From the IMG/VR virus record IMGVR_UViG_3300015370_000034, positions 1-33,670 of that record: DNA of 33,670 nt; one strand, written 5' to 3'. A model generated the notes under the pieces. The model saw only the letters and a list, made by a program, of their open reading frames with translations, made no database searches and had not been told where the DNA came from. A program made the position numbers and the translations under genes. Positions 25,959-33,670 of the stretch are shown here, piece by piece (the first letter of the stretch is position 1; every line of letters starts with the position of its first letter). The stretch comes from a virus (taxonomy: Duplodnaviria; Caudoviricetes).

Positions 25959-26698
25959 TGAATAAAGTAATGGAGAACTACATAAAAGAGGTAATATTTG
26001 AAGATATTGCTGCACGTACATCTTTTGCAGGAGATATAGGTAAAAACTCTAATTGGAATCCATATTTTAAAGTTCAACATTCATATGATCCAGAGGAACA
26101 AAAACGTTCATATATAGATATGATGAGAACTGGTCGGTCAGTTAAACAAGTATATACAAAGTATGCTGACAGAACATTTTTAAATAGCTTAATAACTGTT
26201 CATTGGTCTAATCCAGCTTCAATTATACGCTTGTTAAAAGGATATAAGGTCAGTAATTTTTCAAAGGATGAATTATCCACAAATGCTTATTTGCCAAGTG
26301 AAAGTATTGGTAATTTTGGTCCAATGTCTGATGCATATGGTTTGGTCATAAAGGGATATATTACACTATTGGCAAATGACATGAATGATGTTATATCTGG
26401 TTCTGGTGAGCTTTATAAAAAGGCAGATCCGAATAGAACAAAAATGTCTGGAGCAAATAAAGGGCTGGGTGTTACCTGGGAGCCAGAATCTTATAAAGAT
26501 GATCCAATATTTGTATTTGATAAAGAAGATTGGAAACCCTCAGAAAGTGGAAAAGAAGGTATAGTTTTTAGGAGTAATGAAGCTTTTGTTGATAATTGGA
26601 AACCTATTGGAATATTAGTTCCAAAAAGAAATGTAGGAAAATTTGAGCATATTGTTGAAGAGCTTGGTTTAGATGTATATGTTAAAGGAACAATATAA
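25958..26698 (+). CDS. Hypothetical protein, possible ADP-ribosyltransferase-like fold
   Basis: N-terminal ENYIKEVIFE helix; spaced TVHW / ELST / SNEAFV motifs. Confidence 0.55.
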   Translation: MNKVMENYIKEVIFEDIAARTSFAGDIGKNSNWNPYFKVQHSYDPEEQKRSYIDMMRTGRSVKQVYTKYADRTFLNSLITVHWSNPASIIRLLKGYKVSNFSKDELSTNAYLPSESIGNFGPMSDAYGLVIKGYITLLANDMNDVISGSGELYKKADPNRTKMSGANKGLGVTWEPESYKDDPIFVFDKEDWKPSESGKEGIVFRSNEAFVDNWKPIGILVPKRNVGKFEHIVEELGLDVYVKGTI

Positions 26699-27303
26699 TG
26701 AGTAGATTATTTATAACAGACAGAGAGCTTAAATTTATATCTGATATTAACAAGGAGTTAATTAAAGATATAATTGGCCAAAGTGTAATTGTGCATTGTA
26801 TTTCTGAAGAAAAGACAAAAATTGACGAGTTATACAATGAAGCTGACGTAAAAATTTCAGATAATCCAATAGAGATTGAATGTTTGGTTAACTGGCAGGG
26901 CAGTGCAACAACAACAACTAAATTTGGTGTTGACAAGATATTTACTATTGAGGTTTATCTTCATCAAGACGACTTAAACGATAAAAATATAAAGCTAAGA
27001 GAAGGTGATTTTGTTGAATATTCTGGTTTGTTTTTTGAGGTTACAAGCTTGGGTCAGCCTGATTTAATTTTTGGTATGGGTGAGAATAAAGTTATGACCA
27101 AGGCGATATGTAAATCTGCAAGAAAGGGACAATTTAACGTTGAAGAACCAGAAACATTATCTGAAGATCATTCAACATTTTCACAAGTAGCAGGAGATAG
27201 TAGTCAAGGTGATATTAGAAAGTTAGTAAGGGATGGTAAAGTTGAGAGAATATTATCAGATCCCGGTGTTTCAACAATATTTGATGAGGATACAGATTAT
27301 TAA
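26698..27303 (+). CDS. Neck protein / head-tail connector (T4 gp14-like)
   Basis: D.LY.E, KFG.D, L..K.I.L.EGDF.EY...FFE; position in the cluster. Confidence 0.7.
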   Translation: MSRLFITDRELKFISDINKELIKDIIGQSVIVHCISEEKTKIDELYNEADVKISDNPIEIECLVNWQGSATTTTKFGVDKIFTIEVYLHQDDLNDKNIKLREGDFVEYSGLFFEVTSLGQPDLIFGMGENKVMTKAICKSARKGQFNVEEPETLSEDHSTFSQVAGDSSQGDIRKLVRDGKVERILSDPGVSTIFDEDTDY

Positions 27304-28157
27304 TGACTAAGGGTGAAATATACGTTAAGTATTTAGAAAAGTTAAACGACATAACAAAGTTTAACATGCCAATTACTCCAGATATTATGGGTTGTGGTTC
27401 ATTTGGTTGTGCGTTTGATGTTGGTAATGATATTGTTTTAAAGATAACCAGCGATTTAAGTGAGGCTCAAGCAGCAGCCAAGCTTGTAACACTTGGTGGT
27501 TATATAAATGTCTATAAGGTTCATAAGGTATACAAGTTAGGAAAAACAAAAACTTACGCAATATTTCAAGAGAGGTTGAATGATCCAAGAAAAATAATAG
27601 AAGATGTTTCAAACTTAATTGGTGCGATATTTACAAATGAATTTTCGGAAAAGTACATGGCTGATATCTATAAAAAACTATTTTATAATTATGGTGGTAT
27701 TTCACATTTTAGAACACTAATGATTAATATAGTAGAGGAGTATCCGTGGAATACCATTGTAGATTCACCCGAAACAACCGCCCGTTTACCAGAATTTTCC
27801 TTTGTTGTTACAGATGGAAAATTTGATGATATTATTAGATTTTTAATTAACATGCATATTCTTGATTATGGGGAGATACATAAGTCAAAAAAGACATTAA
27901 AGGATCATCTTGATTATATTATAAACTCTATTAGGTCTTTTGATGGTAATGAGTATTTTGAAGTATTTGATCAAATAGCCAGTGGTGTTGCGTGGTTGTA
28001 TAAAAATGGGATAAAATTTTATGACATACACAGTGGTAATGTTATGGAAAATAATGCTGGTGATGTTGTAATTATTGACTTAGGTGTATCTAAAACAGAG
28101 GGCGGTGGTAAAATTGATTTAATTGAAAGCTACATAAGGAATATAATTGGTAAATGA
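27303..28157 (+). CDS. Protein kinase-like protein 1
   Basis: GCGSFG, VLKIT, SEA, YDIHSGNVM, IDLG. Confidence 0.85.
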   Translation: MTKGEIYVKYLEKLNDITKFNMPITPDIMGCGSFGCAFDVGNDIVLKITSDLSEAQAAAKLVTLGGYINVYKVHKVYKLGKTKTYAIFQERLNDPRKIIEDVSNLIGAIFTNEFSEKYMADIYKKLFYNYGGISHFRTLMINIVEEYPWNTIVDSPETTARLPEFSFVVTDGKFDDIIRFLINMHILDYGEIHKSKKTLKDHLDYIINSIRSFDGNEYFEVFDQIASGVAWLYKNGIKFYDIHSGNVMENNAGDVVIIDLGVSKTEGGGKIDLIESYIRNIIGK

Positions 28158-29011
28158 TTGCACAATTTAAAGATTTTGTCGCCAAAGTTAAAGAAAAAGA
28201 AAATCTTATGGGTGATGGTGATGTATTGGGAAGGGGTTCATATGGTGTTGCTTACAAGTTTAGCAATAAGGTATTGAAGTTAACATATGATAGGAGTGAA
28301 GCAAAGGCAGCAGCTAAATTAAAGGGTGTTGACAATATAAAAAATGTATATAAAATTTACGGAGTTTATTCTTTCAAGGGAACTAAGGTATATGCTATTG
28401 TCCAAGAGTTGTTAGTTGATCCAAATGAAAAAATAATATTAGCAACTGATTTTGTTGGTCAGGTATTGACTACTTTATATGAAGATGCAATATATGATTG
28501 GACTGGGATTATGTCATTAACAAATATAGTGAGAAGAATAAAGTCTCGTATATATAAAATATATCATGAACACAAAGAGGCTTTTGATAAACAACCATTA
28601 TTTAGTTTGGAAACAACATTAGGTGATTCTTTTGACGATGAAATATTTATGAGTGGTATATTTGATTTACTGAATATTGATTTTTTTGGAAAATATGTTA
28701 AAGTTATAAATTATAAAAAATATTTTAATGGTAAGTTTTCTGATTTTTATAGTTTTTTGGAAAATGATGTTATACATGAAATTCAAAACAATAAAAAACA
28801 ATCTCCGTTTAAGGAGGTTGATATGATCGCAAGGGCAATTTCAAAACTAAACAAAAATGGTATTAAATTTTATGATGTTCATAGTGGTAATGTTATGCAA
28901 GATGCAAGTGGTGAGCCAGTAATTATTGATCTTGGACTTTCAAGAGTTTCAGGTGGTCCACCAATTGATATTATTGAGACTTATATACGAGGAATACTCA
29001 AAAATGTTTAA
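28154..29011 (+). CDS. Protein kinase-like protein 2
   Basis: GRGSYG, VLKLT, SEA, YDVHSGNVM, IDLG. Confidence 0.85.
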   Translation: MIAQFKDFVAKVKEKENLMGDGDVLGRGSYGVAYKFSNKVLKLTYDRSEAKAAAKLKGVDNIKNVYKIYGVYSFKGTKVYAIVQELLVDPNEKIILATDFVGQVLTTLYEDAIYDWTGIMSLTNIVRRIKSRIYKIYHEHKEAFDKQPLFSLETTLGDSFDDEIFMSGIFDLLNIDFFGKYVKVINYKKYFNGKFSDFYSFLENDVIHEIQNNKKQSPFKEVDMIARAISKLNKNGIKFYDVHSGNVMQDASGEPVIIDLGLSRVSGGPPIDIIETYIRGILKNV

Positions 29012-29693
29012 TTATAATCGCTTTGGAAAATATGGAAATCTTTTAGAAAAATTAGAACCAAAATTAAGGAAGTGGGCTAACCTCACTGGTGAACCAAAAT
29101 ATTTGGGTGGTGGCACTCAAGGTAAGGCATTTCGCTATGGTGATAAAACTCTAAAAATAACTAATGATCAATTGGAAGTTAACACATGTGCACACTTAAA
29201 AAGTCTTGGTAACAAACATCCAAATATATATAAAATATACAATGTTGGAAAGTTTAACTTAAATATAGATCCATTGGTAAATACAGGTGATGGGTATATT
29301 TATTTCGTAGTTTATGAATATTTGAATAAGCCAACGGAAGAAATGAAAGAAGTAGTAAATGAATATCATGCAGACTTAAATTGGGATTTTGTTCCAAGTG
29401 AGATTCGTTCTGATAAGAAGTTTTTAGATAATATATATAAAAATGCAACTAATGATCTTGGAGAAAAATATGCTAAGTATGCAGTACAAGCATTTTCTGC
29501 CGCAAAATATTTATGGGATAATGGCATTACAAGTAAAAAGGGTAAAATATGGAATGATTGGGGAGAAAACAATATTGCATCCCGTGGCGATGATTTAGTT
29601 TTAATTGATGTTGGATATTCACTGTCTCCAAAAGGTGAAGTTGAAACATTAGAAGAAATAATTAGAAGAGTGATTAAACAGGAAGTGATATAA
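29004..29693 (+). CDS. Protein kinase-like protein 3 (divergent)
   Basis: GGGTQG, TLKIT, LEV, NDWGENNIA, IDVG; ATG 29004 preferred over the track start. Confidence 0.75.
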   Translation: MFNYNRFGKYGNLLEKLEPKLRKWANLTGEPKYLGGGTQGKAFRYGDKTLKITNDQLEVNTCAHLKSLGNKHPNIYKIYNVGKFNLNIDPLVNTGDGYIYFVVYEYLNKPTEEMKEVVNEYHADLNWDFVPSEIRSDKKFLDNIYKNATNDLGEKYAKYAVQAFSAAKYLWDNGITSKKGKIWNDWGENNIASRGDDLVLIDVGYSLSPKGEVETLEEIIRRVIKQEVI

Positions 29694-30853
29694 TGCCAAA
29701 TAGACGAAACTACATCCAACGTGGCGATGGATCAAAATTAGAAGAAAGCAAGGGTGATGGTAATAATGTTCGTAAAAGAACTGGCACTCCAACATATGAT
29801 TTTGCCATACCAAATTCAACCATTAAAGATATAGATCAGTCGGTTTATAATTATTTTGACAAGGTACTTAACATACAGATACAAATAAATAAGGTTCCAA
29901 CCAAAGTAAAAACTATATTTGCTTCTGGTGAACGTTGGGCAATGGTAAGAAAAAGAGTTCCATTAAGAGATGATGATGGTAAATTAATCTTACCATTAAT
30001 AACAGTTAGAAGGACAGACATTGATAGAACACCCAGCATGTCAGGATTACCAGGAGACTTAAATGAGTTAATGATTAAGAGGAAGATTTCATCAAAAAAC
30101 CCAAACTATCAAAACATAATTAATGAGATAGGATTAACACATCAAAAAAATGTTGCAATTTATGGTAGTAAAAAATCTGATGCAGAAGGATCAAGAAGGG
30201 TAAGTACGGCAGTAAAAAATGGATTTACTGGAGTATTATATAAAGGAAAAGAGGTAAAACCAGCAGCATTAAGACCAACAAATATATATGAGATCTATAC
30301 AATAGAATTCCCAGACTTTTTTACAATAAACTATGAGATCATTATATGGACACAATATATGTCTCATGGCAACAAAATAAATGAACATATCTTTAAGTCA
30401 TTTGATTTTAAAAGTTCAATAAAGTTAGATACAGATAAAGGTTATTATTATGTGGCAATGGTTGAACCAGCAATATCAAACCAATCAAATGAAGATGATT
30501 ACTCAGATCAAGAAAGAATTGTAAGAACGTCGTTTAATATAAAGGTTAATGGATATATTTTTGGTGATTCAGAATTAGAAGAAGTATCAATGAGAAAATC
30601 ATTGTCCGCACCACAAGTTATTTTTGAATTATCTGAATATACACCAGCAGCAGAATTGTTTGATAAAAGTAAGTGGGGCAATCCAGTTGATAAAATAAGT
30701 GAATTGGAAGAATCAACAAGAAAAGTAAATAGAAGAGTTAGGGGAAAAGGATTGGATTCATCATTACCCGCAAAGAAAAAAACAAAAGCTTCATCAGAAA
30801 AAGTATGGTTTGTTGAAAATGTTGAAGATTTAGAAGAATTTTTTTCATCATAA
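29693..30853 (+). CDS. Tail terminator/sheath stabiliser (T4 gp15-like)
   Basis: DID.SV..YF, GERWA, LILPLI.V.R, P.F..I.YE..IWT.Y, ER.VRT.F...V.GY; directly upstream of the sheath. Confidence 0.65.
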   Translation: MPNRRNYIQRGDGSKLEESKGDGNNVRKRTGTPTYDFAIPNSTIKDIDQSVYNYFDKVLNIQIQINKVPTKVKTIFASGERWAMVRKRVPLRDDDGKLILPLITVRRTDIDRTPSMSGLPGDLNELMIKRKISSKNPNYQNIINEIGLTHQKNVAIYGSKKSDAEGSRRVSTAVKNGFTGVLYKGKEVKPAALRPTNIYEIYTIEFPDFFTINYEIIIWTQYMSHGNKINEHIFKSFDFKSSIKLDTDKGYYYVAMVEPAISNQSNEDDYSDQERIVRTSFNIKVNGYIFGDSELEEVSMRKSLSAPQVIFELSEYTPAAELFDKSKWGNPVDKISELEESTRKVNRRVRGKGLDSSLPAKKKTKASSEKVWFVENVEDLEEFFSS

Positions 30854-30959
30854 AGTAAACTTTTTTTTCCTTTTGTATTTTATAGATCATATTTATAATA
30901 AAGACAGATAGTACTGATAATTAATAGTCCTTAGTTATATTTGAAAGGAGAAATAGAAA

Positions 30960-33670
30960 ATGGCAGAAAAAACTTTTAAAAGTCCTGGATTCTTCCCAAG
31001 AGAGGTAGAGTTACAACAAAAACCACTGGAACCATTCGGAACACCAGCAACAGTAATTGGAACAGCACAAAAAGGACCAGCCTTTGTTCCCGTTTTGTTA
31101 GGTCAATGGAGAGACTTTCTTGTTACTTTTGGTGATACCAATGAAGATATGATTGGTCCATATGCAGTAAGAGAATTTCTAAGAAATGCAACAGCAGCAG
31201 TATATATGAGAGTACTTGGTGGTGGAACTGCAACAGTTGATGCAACTAATGGTACTGTCAGCAATGCTGGATTTAGAATAACGGGAAGTTCAATAAAAGA
31301 TGGTTCAGTTCAGTTTTTATGTGGATATCATAGTGATACTACAAATTCTGGATTCTTAGGACAAGCTTCAGGATCAGCATCCGATCAATCAGCAGGCTTG
31401 GTTAGAGCAGTAATTTTCAATAGTGGAAGCAAACAACGTATTTATGTTGGTGATATAACAGATGGTGATGATCCTGTTACGTTAGTATTAAATGATACCG
31501 CGACAACAACTGCAACTGATAAATTTCATCTTTATTTGTATGATGCTTCTCTTGCTTGGACTGGTGGAAATGTTTCTGGAAAATCATATATTAGGAAATT
31601 AACTGGTTCATTAAATCCATCTGATTCAGATTATGTTGGCAATATATTGAACACAGATCCAGAACAATTTGACAGTGAAAGACATTTACTATATCTTGAC
31701 TTTCCTGTTGATGTAGAAAGGTCAAGCGCAACATTACGTGCAGTGGAAATCCTATCAGGTTCACAAGCAAGTGGCTTTGGTGTAAAATTTGGAGATTTTA
31801 GAAAGAGATATACAACTCCACAATCACCATATGTTATTTCACAAAGATTTGGTACAAAGAAATATGATTTATTCTATACAGAAGCACTATCAGATGGTGC
31901 ATGGGCAAACGACAATATAAAGATTTCTGTTTCAAATATTAGAAAACCTGTTTCTGATACTGAACTATATGGAACGTTTAACTTAGTTGTTCGTAAGTTT
32001 GATGATACAGACAGCAATCCTATTATACTTGAACAACATACCAATCTTACATTAGACCCAAGTTCTGAAAACTATATTGTTAGAAGAATTGGTGACAAGA
32101 AGGTTTATTTTGATTGGGATCAATCAGATGATGATGAAAGAAGGTTAGTAATAACTGGTGACTTTGCAAATAAATCTAATTATATTAGAATTTTACCATC
32201 AAATGAATTAAAAAATGGTGAAGTGCCAGCGGAAGCATTACCATGGGGTTTTAAAGGATATAAATTACTTCATACTAAAAATAGATTGTATGGAAATGGT
32301 GCTACTTTAGAAAATTCAGTAGTTCCACCAATTCCATTTAGGGTAAATATTGCAAAGAAGAGCAGCAACAATAAAACAATTGATGCAAAACTATATTGGG
32401 GAGTTCACTTTGAAAGAACTTCAGGATCAGCAGAAAGTGGTTGGTCTGGAAGAAATGATGGATATATTAATGCATCTTCAAAACATAATAATTGTCTTGA
32501 CAGTATGGCAAAATTTATGGGAATTGAACATACAGGAATGGATGTTCTTTTAACTGGTTCAGATGTAAATGAATATAGTGCAACACAAGGATCTTGGGAA
32601 AATGAATTCTCACTTGAAAAAGTGTTCACAGATAGTTCATCATCAAAAGTATCAGATGCAAAAGGTTGGCAGTATAAAGGAACATATGCATTAGCAGCAG
32701 CAAGTCCATTTGTTCCTACAACTACTTATCTGAATACATTTGCCACAGTTGCTAAATTTACATTCTTCTTAGCCGGTGGTTTTGATGGCGTAGACATTCT
32801 TGATAAAAATGCTTTTTATTTAAGAGATAGTGATGTACAACCAGCTTCATTTACTGCAAGAGGAGTTACACATGGTAATTCATTAAGCTGTAATACAGTT
32901 AAATCATACAGAACAGCTATTGATATTTTTGAAAATCCAGAAAATGTTGATACAAATGTATTGGCAGTTCCAGATATGAGAGATCCACTTATTACAGATT
33001 ATGCACTTGATGCCTGTGAAAGTAGATTTGATTGTTTGTACATTATGGATATGGAAAATGTCGATGGAGATAGTAATACAATTTATACAAACCCAGCAGG
33101 ACAAACTGGTGCAGGAACAAAAAAACCAGCGGTAAGTAATACTATTAGTGCACTTGAATCACGAGCAATGGATTCAAATATGGGATGTGTATATTGGCCA
33201 GATGTTAGATTGAGAGATGAATCATCAGGTAAAACAATTACTGTGCCACCTTCAGTTGTGGTATTAGGTGCATTTGCGTTTAATGATAAATACGCACAAC
33301 CATGGTTTGCACCCGCAGGATTTAACAGAGGTGGGTTAAACAATGTATCAGAACCAGATGTTAACTTAACATTCTCAGATCGTGATGATCTTTATGACGC
33401 AAACATTAACCCAATTGCAAAATTCCCAAGAGAAGGAACTGTTATTTTAGGACAAAAAACGTTACAGGCAGCACAATCAGCACTTGATCGTGTAAATGTT
33501 AGAAGAATGATTCTAGAAGTAAGACGTGCAGTTAAGGGTGTTGCACAAAGAATATTGTTTGAACCGAATAACTTTGCAACTTGGACCAAGTTTACTGGCA
33601 TGGTTACACCTATACTTGAAAGGATTCAAGCACAATCAGGCTTGGAAAGATTTAAAGTGGTTATTGATGA
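30960..33670 (+). CDS. Tail sheath protein (partial, runs off the window; absent from the ORF track)
   Basis: AAGGAG SD plus ATG 30960; MAEKTFKSPGFFPREVE..GTAQKGPAFVP; PWFAPAGFNRG, LYDANINPIA.FP, GQKTLQ..SALDRVNVRR, LFEPN. Confidence 0.93.
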   Translation, partial: MAEKTFKSPGFFPREVELQQKPLEPFGTPATVIGTAQKGPAFVPVLLGQWRDFLVTFGDTNEDMIGPYAVREFLRNATAAVYMRVLGGGTATVDATNGTVSNAGFRITGSSIKDGSVQFLCGYHSDTTNSGFLGQASGSASDQSAGLVRAVIFNSGSKQRIYVGDITDGDDPVTLVLNDTATTTATDKFHLYLYDASLAWTGGNVSGKSYIRKLTGSLNPSDSDYVGNILNTDPEQFDSERHLLYLDFPVDVERSSATLRAVEILSGSQASGFGVKFGDFRKRYTTPQSPYVISQRFGTKKYDLFYTEALSDGAWANDNIKISVSNIRKPVSDTELYGTFNLVVRKFDDTDSNPIILEQHTNLTLDPSSENYIVRRIGDKKVYFDWDQSDDDERRLVITGDFANKSNYIRILPSNELKNGEVPAEALPWGFKGYKLLHTKNRLYGNGATLENSVVPPIPFRVNIAKKSSNNKTIDAKLYWGVHFERTSGSAESGWSGRNDGYINASSKHNNCLDSMAKFMGIEHTGMDVLLTGSDVNEYSATQGSWENEFSLEKVFTDSSSSKVSDAKGWQYKGTYALAAASPFVPTTTYLNTFATVAKFTFFLAGGFDGVDILDKNAFYLRDSDVQPASFTARGVTHGNSLSCNTVKSYRTAIDIFENPENVDTNVLAVPDMRDPLITDYALDACESRFDCLYIMDMENVDGDSNTIYTNPAGQTGAGTKKPAVSNTISALESRAMDSNMGCVYWPDVRLRDESSGKTITVPPSVVVLGAFAFNDKYAQPWFAPAGFNRGGLNNVSEPDVNLTFSDRDDLYDANINPIAKFPREGTVILGQKTLQAAQSALDRVNVRRMILEVRRAVKGVAQRILFEPNNFATWTKFTGMVTPILERIQAQSGLERFKVVID

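Noticed and set aside
490-33601. All minus-strand ORFs and short alternative-frame plus-strand ORFs in the track
   Set aside because: They lie within well-supported + strand genes and show no recognisable motifs.

Overview
This is a low-GC fragment of a large myovirus-like (probably jumbo) phage, with all credible genes on the + strand. From about 0.2 to 21.1 kb it is an accessory, host-takeover region driven by repeated sigma70-like promoters (TTAACA-N17-TATAAT). That region holds free-standing homing-endonuclease-like genes, a GNAT plus DNA methyltransferase pair, and an RF1-like release factor interrupted by an in-frame UAG. It also holds Rnl1- and Rnl2-type RNA ligases, tRNA-Gly(UCC), tRNA-Ser(GCU), a Zn deaminase, and a complete four-enzyme deamidating NAD+ salvage route (PncA, PncB, NadD, NadE). 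At least seven paralogous small proteins sharing a Y-[IVT]-G-P motif are interspersed among these genes. From about 21.2 to 33.7 kb it is a late/virion region with neck (gp13/gp14-like), gp15-like and tail sheath (partial) genes, into which three tandem protein-kinase-like genes and a possible ADP-ribosyltransferase-like gene are inserted. Top leads: a candidate new phage NAD+ reconstitution pathway, a candidate amber-readthrough autoregulated release factor, the Y-x-G-P paralog family, and possibly virion-packaged kinases. All functional calls come from reading motifs by eye; no database search was run.
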